Assembly (NCBI GenBank): GCA_048938105.1
Contig: JBHLMN010000015.1
Location: 32,001 to 96,000 of the forward strand
Source: Promethearchaeota archaeon
GTDB lineage: Archaea > Asgardarchaeota > Heimdallarchaeia > Hodarchaeales > Hodarchaeaceae
Direction of reading: 5' to 3'
DNA: 64,000 nucleotides
A model generated the notes under the pieces. That model was not told where the DNA came from. It was given only the letters and a program-made list of their open reading frames with translations, and made no database searches. Each line of letters begins with the position of its first letter. Within the stretch, counting starts at the first letter, position 1. Below, one piece after another: positions 47,538 to 57,124 of the stretch. Made by a program: the position numbers and the translations under genes.

Positions 47538-49706
47538 ATGTCTTTTCATTATAACAAAAATGAGGAGCTTAATTTGAGCAATATAGAAGAATTAATACAA
47601 AAAATTTCTCAAAAAACGGGACTTTCCAGAGCCGAAATAAAGAAGCAAATTGAAGAAAAACAAAAAGAATTAGGATTCTTTGTAAATGACATTGCTGCTG
47701 CTCACATTATTGCTAAAGATCTAAATGTCTCGCTTGGGCGTCCTGAGTTAAAAAAAAGGCCTAAACTTACAATTAAAAGCCTTAAAAAGATGGAACCAGG
47801 TTTATCAGGGGTAAGCCTTACCGCAATAATATTACGAATTTATCATCCTATTGAATTCGTTAGAGAGGGTACTAAAGGAATTTTGGCTCCTATTCTGTTA
47901 CATGATGGAACCGATAGTATTCGTACTGTTCTCTGGGGAGCAATGGCTCGTCGTATTACAGGAAAACAAATTGAAAGAGGCTCCATCATTAATATTAAAC
48001 AAGGATACACGAAGTTAGGGAGGAACCAAGAATTAGAGCTTCACATAGGAGACCGGAGCTTGCTAGAATTGGAAACTGAGACAAAAATTGAAAATCTTCC
48101 CAATCCTGACGATGAAATCTTAAGCTTAGACTCTCTAGATGAGGAAATACTGGAGATTGATGTCAAAGCTACAATCAATAAGGTAGGAAAACTTGTTACT
48201 TTTAATCGCTCAGATGGAACCGAGGGTCGTGTATCAAACTTGTTTCTCAAAGGTGAAAGGGTAACACGCCGTATGGTACTTTGGAATGATCGTGCAGAAG
48301 AAGCATTTAATTTTACACGGGGAGATGTAATCTTAGTCCAAGCTGCAAATGTTAAATTAGATCGAGATGGGAGACCTGAAATTCATACAACACGAGCGAC
48401 TTATATCACCAAAATAGACCATGTAACATTACCAGACATTGACGAAGTAGTTGTTCCAGAAAGAGTTGAAACTGAAGCAATAGAAAAAAAACTGGCTGAA
48501 ATAGAACCAGTTGATGGATTTGTTACAGTTGAAGCTCGAAAGGGTCCTGTATCTAAAACAAGTAACTTTACCAGAAATGATGGTTCAACTGGTTCTGTGA
48601 AAAGAGCAGCAATATTTGATGAAACAGGTGTGTCAACATTGGTACTTTGGAATGATGCACTTCCAAGGTTCGATGATTTAGGGGATGAAGCTTTCCAGAT
48701 AAAGAAATTACGGGTCAATATATCAAGATATAAGACAATAGAACTTCACACAATAACTGAAACCGAATTTATTCCATTTGATGCTTCACAAATTCCTGAA
48801 GATCCCCCACTTCAAAATATTGTAGAGATAAAACCCCAACAAGGTTTAGCGTGTGTTCAAGGAATCATTCAAAACGTTTCAGAAGAGAGGGAGTTCGGTC
48901 GTTCGGATGGGAGCACTGGACGAGTTGCTTCAATGTCAATACAAGATAATACTGGATCAATTCGAGTGGTTGCATGGGATGATAATATTGAACACTTAAC
49001 TTCGATTCAAGAAAACGAGATGAAATTTGTTAAGATATTTTTTGGCAGGATTCGGCAAAAAGACGCTGATACAATAGAAATTCATCTTTCACCTCAAAGT
49101 CATGTTCGTCCATCTTCACGAATACCTGTTGCTTTAAGGAATATAGAAATCGTTGAAGAAGTACAAACGACCACTCAATCACTACCTGAATATCAAAAGA
49201 TTCAACTATCGGAATTATTAGAGAATGAAGACGGAGTTATGATAGAAGTCCTAGGAAAAGTAGTCAGGCTTTATCAGCAGAGTCCTTATTATCGTTCCTG
49301 CCCTGAATGTCGTAAAAAAGTAACAGAAACAGACGAGGGATGGTTCTGTCAGGAACATCAAATCGTGGAGTCGCAAATACGATTTAGACTTTCTGGAACA
49401 CTAGATGATGGGACTAGCACAATAAGAACAGTATTTTTCGGGTTATCGGGAGAAATTCTTACAGGAATGGGAAGCAATGATATTCAGAAGCTCTTAGATA
49501 GTGGTTTGTCTGATGATGAAATATTTACGATTGTACAACAAGAAGTTGAAGGCAAAACTGTTCTTATTCAAGGACGAGTTCAATTGCAAACTCAAGAGGT
49601 GCAAGGAGAAACAATTCAGCGCCAAGAACTGTTCGCTAATCGGGTTAGATTTCCTTCACCCAAAACAATTGCAGAAGAATTAGTAAACGAACTTCAAGAA
49701 GTTTAA
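47538..49706 (+). CDS. rpa: Replication protein A (multi-OB-fold ssDNA-binding protein with Zn finger)
   Basis: Repeated F.R.DG..G.V...D.TG..R...W OB units; C-terminal OB with CPEC...C..H and DDGT. Confidence 0.9.
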   Translation: MSFHYNKNEELNLSNIEELIQKISQKTGLSRAEIKKQIEEKQKELGFFVNDIAAAHIIAKDLNVSLGRPELKKRPKLTIKSLKKMEPGLSGVSLTAIILRIYHPIEFVREGTKGILAPILLHDGTDSIRTVLWGAMARRITGKQIERGSIINIKQGYTKLGRNQELELHIGDRSLLELETETKIENLPNPDDEILSLDSLDEEILEIDVKATINKVGKLVTFNRSDGTEGRVSNLFLKGERVTRRMVLWNDRAEEAFNFTRGDVILVQAANVKLDRDGRPEIHTTRATYITKIDHVTLPDIDEVVVPERVETEAIEKKLAEIEPVDGFVTVEARKGPVSKTSNFTRNDGSTGSVKRAAIFDETGVSTLVLWNDALPRFDDLGDEAFQIKKLRVNISRYKTIELHTITETEFIPFDASQIPEDPPLQNIVEIKPQQGLACVQGIIQNVSEEREFGRSDGSTGRVASMSIQDNTGSIRVVAWDDNIEHLTSIQENEMKFVKIFFGRIRQKDADTIEIHLSPQSHVRPSSRIPVALRNIEIVEEVQTTTQSLPEYQKIQLSELLENEDGVMIEVLGKVVRLYQQSPYYRSCPECRKKVTETDEGWFCQEHQIVESQIRFRLSGTLDDGTSTIRTVFFGLSGEILTGMGSNDIQKLLDSGLSDDEIFTIVQQEVEGKTVLIQGRVQLQTQEVQGETIQRQELFANRVRFPSPKTIAEELVNELQEV

Positions 49707-49857
49707 CTAGATTAATTCAATGTTGAACAAGGTATAATTCAAGAAATTTTCTTAGAGAGAATGGAACCTATCTAGTACTTACTTAATTTTTCATCGTGCT
49801 ATTCATATTGACTTCGAGGTAACAATACCAGTTATTAGAGAAAAGAATTACTTAAAA

Positions 49858-49964
49858 TAGGGATGGTGGGATTTGAACCCACGACCACCTGATCCCAAAT
49901 CAGGAATCATCTAGTCACCGTATTTGCCAGAAATATGGCGATAACCATGCTAGACCACATCCCT
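49858..49964 (-). tRNA. tRNA-Pro(TGG) with 32-nt non-canonical D-arm intron (21/22; 49910-49941)
   Basis: Reverse strand: AGGGATG/CATCCCT acceptor, CCTGA-TTTGGGA-TCAGG anticodon arm, GTGGG-TTCAAAT-CCCAC. Removing the intron restores GTCTAGCATGGTTATGAT. Confidence 0.9.
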
Positions 49965-50100
49965 GGGCCGATCTCTATCTATTATTTTCACTATAAAGGT
50001 ATATTTCTCTTAGAAATATAACCTTTTTTTCACTCTGGTCTGTCCAACTCTCTCAAGATTTCTTGTTATTTTAGATTTTTCTTTGAAATCTAATTCAGGA

Positions 50101-51279
50101 TTAAGGTTTTAATGATTTAATGACTGAACATAATTCAGCTTCGTTGGCATCAGTTTTAAGACTGGATCCCGAAAAATGGGTTTTATAACATTTATAACCT
50201 CTTTCTTTCAAGATTTTCATAATCTGTGTTATCGAGGGAACCGTAACCCTAACTTCTTTAGCTAATTTTGGTATATCAAATGACCAAGGAATATCTAATG
50301 ATGACTCATCTATCATCAAGGGTAATATTTTGACTAATCTTTTTCTAGTCCCCATTTTTTGCAGGTGTTCATCAAGAAGTATTGAAGATAAGTATTCTGA
50401 ATTGTGTATTCTGCCTAGATATATAGGTCCTATTTTCATTTCATCAGGTTCACCACAAGCAGGACAACTGGTTCTTTTCTCCCCTAAAAGGCTGGTGTAT
50501 CTAGCCTGACATCTTTTACAGAGATGAATGAATCCTGTTTGATTAATGACAGTGTCAACACCTCTATTACGAACTAGAAAACATCTCATAAAATGTCTAT
50601 GGTAAAGAGTTGCAATAGGTATAAGGGATTGACTTAGGGTTAATCCTATATGCTGAATGCCCGTTATTAAGGCCCGAGCAGCTATCTCATGAACATTCCC
50701 AATACGAATATCAAAATGGCTAAGACCATATTTTGCATAAAGAGCTTTAGGGTATAATCCAACGAGGCTAGCGAGATCTGTTGCTGTAAAAGCAAGAAGA
50801 CCTTCAAGAGTAACCAACCTAATGCTGTATTGAACGAAAGGAATAGGTGTCCCGAAAGGATCAATATCTATAAAATCAAAAACAAAATTTTCTACATTGA
50901 GTTTCTGAAGGAAGGAGTTACAATCCATGTTGAAGAGCTGAACTCTTTTTGCAGTTGGACTTGGAAGGCGATTAATATTTTTTTGGGCAATATGAACAGC
51001 TTTGGAGTTTATATCATTACAATAAAGACTAGAAGTTGGTGTTTCCAGCGCATAACGAGCACTACGTATCCCTGAACCGCATAAAGGTTCACAGACTCTC
51101 AGATCATTCTTTGAATTGATATCTCCATAAGCACGTAATAGTAAAACGGAAAAATCACGATTTATTTCCTGATGAAAATTGAAGAACACTTCATTAGATC
51201 GCCTAGGGATTTGATCATTTATGAGTGATTCTGGAACAAGAAAAGTTCCTACGCCTTCTTGGATTTCAACAAGTTTCAT
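50101..51279 (-). CDS. trm1: tRNA (guanine-26-N2)-dimethyltransferase
   Basis: VFFN...NRD, EPLCGSGIRSARY, IDIDPFGTP, TATD, Zn finger, GPIYLG. Confidence 0.93.
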   Translation of the reverse strand: MKLVEIQEGVGTFLVPESLINDQIPRRSNEVFFNFHQEINRDFSVLLLRAYGDINSKNDLRVCEPLCGSGIRSARYALETPTSSLYCNDINSKAVHIAQKNINRLPSPTAKRVQLFNMDCNSFLQKLNVENFVFDFIDIDPFGTPIPFVQYSIRLVTLEGLLAFTATDLASLVGLYPKALYAKYGLSHFDIRIGNVHEIAARALITGIQHIGLTLSQSLIPIATLYHRHFMRCFLVRNRGVDTVINQTGFIHLCKRCQARYTSLLGEKRTSCPACGEPDEMKIGPIYLGRIHNSEYLSSILLDEHLQKMGTRKRLVKILPLMIDESSLDIPWSFDIPKLAKEVRVTVPSITQIMKILKERGYKCYKTHFSGSSLKTDANEAELCSVIKSLKP

Positions 51280-51301
51280 AAACTAGCCTACCAACGACTT
51301 A

Positions 51302-51952
51302 CTAGTCTTCAACGAGATGATTACGATTATATCGTTCTGCCCCCTTATTCTTATTGTTTATTGCAATGATATATATTTCTGCACTCTGTTTACGAGATGT
51401 TGGGGGTTTGTAAGTCTTAACATTCTGATAGGATGCTTTGATTTTCTCTAAAAGCTCCTCTAAATATTCTCCTTGGAAAACCTTGGTTAAGAATTTTTCA
51501 GCCAGAAAATAGTTTGATATTCCTAAAGCTACTTCTGCCAACCATATTTGCCGTGCATGATCGGTTACCCAGTGTCCTGAGACATTCGGAGAACAATCAG
51601 CTAATACAATAATTTCATTGGTATCTGCTTCATGTTTTTCAAGATTTTTTTGTAATTGAAGAATTGTATTTAATTCTGTGATATCTCCCTTAATGATTTC
51701 AGTAATATTCGGAATTGATTTGATACGAGCAATGTCCACCAAAAAGATTTGCGATTTTCCTCTTGATCTGTCTCGTGCTATTTGGGAGAATCCTCCAGGA
51801 GCCCCACACAAATCAATAACAGTCTGGTTACTGTGAAATAATTTGAATTTCTTATCAATCTGAAGGAGTTTATAGGCAGCCCGGCTTCTGTAACCTTCAG
51901 ATTTAGCTTTTTTAGTGTATTTGTCACGTTTTTTTGGCAGTATAAACACCAT
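51302..51952 (-). CDS. rlmE: 23S rRNA Um2552 2'-O-methyltransferase RlmE/FtsJ
   Basis: GYRSRAAYKL, DLCGAPGGFSQ, D.SPNVSG, KVFQG, KP..SR..SAEIY. Confidence 0.93.
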   Translation of the reverse strand: MVFILPKKRDKYTKKAKSEGYRSRAAYKLLQIDKKFKLFHSNQTVIDLCGAPGGFSQIARDRSRGKSQIFLVDIARIKSIPNITEIIKGDITELNTILQLQKNLEKHEADTNEIIVLADCSPNVSGHWVTDHARQIWLAEVALGISNYFLAEKFLTKVFQGEYLEELLEKIKASYQNVKTYKPPTSRKQSAEIYIIAINNKNKGAERYNRNHLVED

Positions 51953-51988
51953 TTTTTCATTAATGGTGATTCTAACTAAGAAATCATG

Positions 51989-52405
51989 TTATTTTCTTCG
52001 TTTTGGACGAAATTTCTTAGGTTTTCCTTTATCTTCCACTTTCTTTCGAGGAGTATATTTGACACTCTTCCGTTTTTTTGCCTCTTTTGCTAATTCTTTC
52101 TTTTGTTTTTCTAAAGCTGGACGGATGTAGGTCTTTATTTCTTTACTAAGTTCTTTCAGCGTGTGTAATTTTGAGTTTTTTTTCTCAATTAGAATGAGGC
52201 CCTTTCTTTCCCACCATTGACGGGGATAAGCAGCATATTTCTGGACTTCGTAATTATATTCTAATTTTTCTGCTGCTAATCGTATTTCTGTGATCGTAGG
52301 ATTCTCAACCGCAAGGTCTAGAGATAATCGGCGCCCTTCCTTCCGTGTGAGTGATTTGTCAAGATATTCTGGAAATATAAAATAATGTGTATTGTCTCGT
52401 CTCAA
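51989..52405 (-). CDS. srp19: Signal recognition particle 19 kDa protein
   Basis: IFPEYLD..LTRKEGRR....AVENP, AYPRQWW..G.I; long basic C-terminal tail. Confidence 0.92.
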   Translation of the reverse strand: MRRDNTHYFIFPEYLDKSLTRKEGRRLSLDLAVENPTITEIRLAAEKLEYNYEVQKYAAYPRQWWERKGLILIEKKNSKLHTLKELSKEIKTYIRPALEKQKKELAKEAKKRKSVKYTPRKKVEDKGKPKKFRPKRRK

Positions 52406-52648
52406 TGATGATTCAATCTCCGTTTTATCAAAGGAACTTCTGATTTTATCAAGTTAGCTTAACTGAGTAAGAAATTATATTTTTTACGATTGCTAGTTGG
52501 AAAAGAAAAAAATATAGATCGCATTGTAATTTAACAGATATAGTAATATCGCAGTCCTTCATTAATTTACAATAGACTAGCTGCTCTATAACACCTTTGT
52601 CAACATCTTCTGTATTGATCTTCAAAACAAAGATGAAATAAATGTAAT

Positions 52649-53935
52649 ATGACGCGAGGGATAGCTCAGACATTGAAGAAACATCTTGACAAACGTACAA
52701 TTATTGCGGTCGCTCTTGCTTTAGTTGCGTGGGGAACAATCTCTTTTGGGGTAGTCTATCTAAAAATACCCATTATATTATACCTCGAACTCTCAGATAA
52801 TCCATGGCAACCAGTCAACTCAGAAACATATCCTGAAACAGGAGTGGCCGCTATTGACTTTGTAGACTCTTATCATGGCTGGATAGCGGGGGAAGACGGA
52901 ATGATAATGGCCACTACAGACGGGGGTATATCATGGGAAGAACAACAATCTGGAATCAATATTAATATCAGAGCTATTGACTTCTTTAATGCTGATATTG
53001 GGGTTGCTATTAGTGAAAAGGATGACATTCTCATCACGCAAAATGGAGGCGTTTCATGGATATCGCTAGAAAAAGCTAAGTACCAAACATCTTCTGGGTG
53101 GAAAAGCACAATATTATGGGATGTGGTGACGTGTGATGAATATACAGCTTGGGTACTAGGAAATATGGGGAAATTTTTTAGGATCAATATAAAGAATCAA
53201 AGTTGGTCTTTTATCTCAGATATTTCTCATTATATTGGCCATCTAGCCATGTTAAACAACTCACATGGTTGGGCAACAGGGGGTTTTGGTACAATCGTTA
53301 AAACTACGGATGGTTGGCAATCTTATGACGTTCAGGATGCTGGAGTTTCAACAAACTTTCGTGGAATCTTTTTCTGGGACTTTTATAAAGGTTGGATTGT
53401 GGGTTTTGATAATACAATTATAGCTACAACTGATGGAGGGAAAGATTGGCATGTTCAATACACTTACCATCCATTCCTGGCAGACTTTGGTTCTGTTGCG
53501 TTACTTGACATTTATTTCATTACAGAGTCGAAGGGTTGGGCTGTTGGGAGCTATGGTATCCATTATACTAAGGACGGAGAAAAATCGTGGTATAATCTGG
53601 GAGAAGAGACATGGGGGCCTTCCAGAATTGCTTTTGCAAACGAAACACATGGATGGGCTGTAGGATATCGAAAAGACCGCAGTTATATCACCTCAGTGGG
53701 AGGTGTACCCGCAATTGATGAAAACCTGTTGAATCTTTTTGTTAGTATCTGCATCTTCATTGGAATCTTTACTCCAATTCTCATTGTGGTCGCTTTGGTT
53801 CAATTTCAAAAACACCAAGCCCAAAAGAAGGGTTCAACCAATTTCTCGGAAAGATTATGTCCCATGTGTGGTTGTCAGACCCCCTCTGAGGCTAAATTTT
53901 GCGTTAATTGTGGCGAGCCATTTCCTAATGAATAA
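52649..53935 (+). CDS. Membrane protein with YCF48/BNR beta-propeller and C-terminal double zinc ribbon
   Basis: Repeated GW..G..G.I..T.DGG..W motifs, N- and C-terminal TM helices, CPMCG...FCVNCG. Confidence 0.85.
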   Translation: MTRGIAQTLKKHLDKRTIIAVALALVAWGTISFGVVYLKIPIILYLELSDNPWQPVNSETYPETGVAAIDFVDSYHGWIAGEDGMIMATTDGGISWEEQQSGININIRAIDFFNADIGVAISEKDDILITQNGGVSWISLEKAKYQTSSGWKSTILWDVVTCDEYTAWVLGNMGKFFRINIKNQSWSFISDISHYIGHLAMLNNSHGWATGGFGTIVKTTDGWQSYDVQDAGVSTNFRGIFFWDFYKGWIVGFDNTIIATTDGGKDWHVQYTYHPFLADFGSVALLDIYFITESKGWAVGSYGIHYTKDGEKSWYNLGEETWGPSRIAFANETHGWAVGYRKDRSYITSVGGVPAIDENLLNLFVSICIFIGIFTPILIVVALVQFQKHQAQKKGSTNFSERLCPMCGCQTPSEAKFCVNCGEPFPNE

Positions 53936-54436
53936 TCACTAGCGAGAGAAATTAGTGGTGGGCATGCAGGAAACATTGCAGCAAGAGAATATCTTCTTGA
54001 TTTTTTCAAGTCAATTGGTAATGTTAATGATGAAACTGGAGTAATTAAGTTCCAATTAGAACTTATTCCTAAAGGAGAAACTTTAGGAGGATTATTTAGT
54101 GATAAACTACATGAAAATCTTTATATCATTAGCTATTGGAGTAAGAGTACAAAAGAAATTCAGAGAATTGGTGAAATAACAAACGCTTTTGTACTTGGAA
54201 GATTTGGGGGAAATCTTACTTCTAAAGACGAATTAGTTAATTTCATTATTTCTAAACTTAACCAGGGAGAAACTACTTTAAATGGAATAAAATTAGAATC
54301 AGTTGATAAGGAAGTTATTGATAGATATGTATCATCTTTAGAACCGCTAAAAAAACTTACTCCAACAACATTTTACAAAGATTGGTTTATCGAAATTATT
54401 AGAAGATATGAGACTGATCTCAAATCTAAAATTTAG
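53936..54436 (+). pseudogene. Start-less 166-codon reading frame (5'-truncated gene remnant or readthrough extension)
   Basis: Open from directly after the TAA at 53933-35, in the same frame, to TAG 54434-36: SLAREISGGHAGNIAAREYLLDFFKSIG...YETDLKSKI. I saw no in-frame ATG/GTG/TTG. Confidence 0.55.
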
Positions 54437-54620
54437 TATCAATTAACAAATATTTATAGATTGTAGACAAAAACACTGTAAATTTATCTATAGTTTAAAT
54501 AAGTGAAAACTTTTTTCATTATTAATTCACTAGAAGTTTACGAAAAGAAAAAAATTTCAAAAGACTCTAATTAGGTTTAGTATAAAGGTAAATCTAATTT
54601 TTAACGGAGACATTTCAATA

Positions 54621-56414
54621 ATGGCTAAGGAGCAGCAGGAAGAAAAGCCTATTCGGAGTCCAATTGCAGTCATTTTAGGACATGTTGATTCTGGTAAAAC
54701 TAGCTTATTAGATAAAGTTCGCGGAACAGCTGTCCAAGCACGTGAATCTGGAGGAATCACTCAACACATTGGTGCGAGTTTCTTTCCTATTGAAACTATT
54801 AATGCTCTCTGTGGCCCATTGTTGAAACAATCGAAGAAAAAAATGAAAATACCTGGAGTTCTGATTATTGACACACCTGGACATTCATCTTTTTACAATC
54901 TCAGGAGACGCGGCAGCCAAAGTGCGAACTTCGCTATTTTAGTAGTTGATGTCCGCAGAGGGATTCAACCACAAACAGTTGAATCATTACGGATTCTAGT
55001 AAAACAAAAAGTACCTTTTCTGATAGCTGCCAATAAAATCGATCGTCTCCCTGGGTGGAAAAGTTTTCCTGACCTTACCTTGATGAAATCACTTTCAAAA
55101 CAATCAAGTGGGTCATTAGAAGCTCTTCAATCAATTATTTATGAAATTATGACTGAATTGAGTCATTTCAATCTTGAACCAGATAGGTTCGATCGAATCG
55201 AAAATTTTGCGAAGAAAATTGCTATTATTCCTACTTCTGCGATAACAGGTGAGGGAATCCCTGAAATGTTCCTAGTTTTAGCCAGTCTTACAGAACAGTA
55301 CTTGAGAAAACAATTGGAATTGCATTTGGATAAAGGAAAAGGGGTAGTTCTAGAGGTAAAGAAGGAAGTAGGAATGGGTACAACACTAGATGTGATTCTT
55401 TTTGATGGGATCATTAAACAAGATTCTCAGATCGTCTTAGCTGGAACGGATGGTCCAATCTTAACATCAGTTCGCGCAATATTAGTACCCAAGGAATTGG
55501 ACGAAATTCGTGATCCGCGCAATAAATTTGATAGTGTTGATCACGCGATAGCAGCAGTTGGTGTAAAATTAGCTGCCCCCAATATAGATGAGGCTATTGC
55601 AGGATCTTCGCTTTATGTAGTAACTGAAAACGAGGTTAAAGAAGCAATAACGAAAATTAAAGAGGAATTAGCTAGCATTCTAGTTGAAACTGATAAAGCT
55701 GGAGTTGTTGTAAAAGCCGACACCCTAGGATCCCTAGAAGCATTGGTAAATTTCCTTCGGGATTCCAATATTCAAATCCGTTTTGCTGCTGTAGGTAATG
55801 TATCTAAGAAAGATGTCTATCAAGCATCATTATCCAAAGAGAAGAATGAATATTATGGTGTTATCCTAGGATTTCGAACAGCTATCCTATTGGATGCTCA
55901 AGAGGAGGCCAATAAGTTACAGATCCCCATAATCCAGAATGATATTATATATCGTTTATCAGAAGAGTACGAGTCCTATCAATATGAAGTTCAGCAACGT
56001 CTTGAAGCAGCAGCACTTAAGGATATAGTACGACCTAGCAAAATAAAAATTCTCCCTTATGTGTTTAGACAAAGTAAACCTTGTATTTTGGGAGTTGAGG
56101 TACTAGCTGGGGTTTTAACTCCTCAAAATGACTTAATCAATCGGGAGAATAAAAAAATCGGGCATCTATTACAAATTCAGGACCGTGGAAATACTATTCC
56201 GCAAGCTAAAGTAAGTGATCAAGTAGCAGTAGCCATTCGAGGACCAACTGCAGGACGTCAGATTAGGGAGGGGGATGAATTATGGGTAGATGTTCCTGAA
56301 TCTGATGCTCGGAAAATTACTGAACAAAAGATACTTTCTGGAACAGAGATGGATGCACTTACAGAAATAATTGAAATAAAAAGACGAACTGTAAACAAGT
56401 ACTGGGCTTTATAA
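54621..56414 (+). CDS. infB: Translation initiation factor aIF5B/IF-2
   Basis: RSPIAVILGHVDSGKT, GGITQHIGA, DTPGH, NKID, KADTLGSLEAL. Confidence 0.97.
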   Translation: MAKEQQEEKPIRSPIAVILGHVDSGKTSLLDKVRGTAVQARESGGITQHIGASFFPIETINALCGPLLKQSKKKMKIPGVLIIDTPGHSSFYNLRRRGSQSANFAILVVDVRRGIQPQTVESLRILVKQKVPFLIAANKIDRLPGWKSFPDLTLMKSLSKQSSGSLEALQSIIYEIMTELSHFNLEPDRFDRIENFAKKIAIIPTSAITGEGIPEMFLVLASLTEQYLRKQLELHLDKGKGVVLEVKKEVGMGTTLDVILFDGIIKQDSQIVLAGTDGPILTSVRAILVPKELDEIRDPRNKFDSVDHAIAAVGVKLAAPNIDEAIAGSSLYVVTENEVKEAITKIKEELASILVETDKAGVVVKADTLGSLEALVNFLRDSNIQIRFAAVGNVSKKDVYQASLSKEKNEYYGVILGFRTAILLDAQEEANKLQIPIIQNDIIYRLSEEYESYQYEVQQRLEAAALKDIVRPSKIKILPYVFRQSKPCILGVEVLAGVLTPQNDLINRENKKIGHLLQIQDRGNTIPQAKVSDQVAVAIRGPTAGRQIREGDELWVDVPESDARKITEQKILSGTEMDALTEIIEIKRRTVNKYWAL

Positions 56415-56724
56415 TCCAATGTGGATTGATATGATTTTTTAGCTTTGAAATCTATTTAGTAAGAGGAAAATAGAAAGTACGAGATTCACTTTCAGGAGTT
56501 CGATAAGTTTCTTGTAGTTTTTCCTTTTTTAACAATAACAAGAGTCTTAACTAACATATCTCAAGATTGAAAATCACGAGACAAAATCCTCGAGAATTAT
56601 CATAACTATTAAGAATAGAAAGAGATTTGACCCGATATGACTCGTATAACCCCATGAATATCTGGATACAGATCACCACGGTTATTCTAATAGGTTATTT
56701 GATATAAAGACATGAGACGATAAA

Positions 56725-57105
56725 ATGGTTAGATTTCAACTTAATTTAGCTGATGACAAGCAGAGTTACAAAAAAGAAATCGATGATGATAGTATGACAC
56801 GTCATCTAATCGGTAAAGAGGTTGGAGATGAGCTAGATGGAAAATTCATCGGTTTTGAAGGTTACTTATTCAAAATTACAGGGGGTTCTGATCATGCTGG
56901 GTTTCCTATGGTTCCTGGTGTTGAAGGAGCGATGCCCAAGCGAATTCTTATAGGCCATAGAGGAGTAGGATATAAACCTGACAGAAAAGGAAAAAGACGG
57001 AGAAAACGTGTTCGAGGTAGATTGATTAGTGAGGATATCTACCAGATAAACATTAAAATTCTTGAACGAGATAAAAGTAGTAAAGCTATAGAAGAGTTAT
57101 TATGA
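56725..57105 (+). CDS. rps6e: Ribosomal protein eS6
   Basis: ITGGSD.AGFPM..GV.G, GKRRRKRVRG. Confidence 0.96.
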   Translation: MVRFQLNLADDKQSYKKEIDDDSMTRHLIGKEVGDELDGKFIGFEGYLFKITGGSDHAGFPMVPGVEGAMPKRILIGHRGVGYKPDRKGKRRRKRVRGRLISEDIYQINIKILERDKSSKAIEELL

Positions 57106-57124
57106 ATCATATCCGAGGATTTCA

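Noticed and set aside
56636-56700. Purine-riboswitch-like start (ACTCGTATAACCCCATGAATAT) upstream of rps6e
   Set aside because: The P2 3' strand, TTTCTACC and CCGTAAA core elements are missing, and the gene context is wrong.
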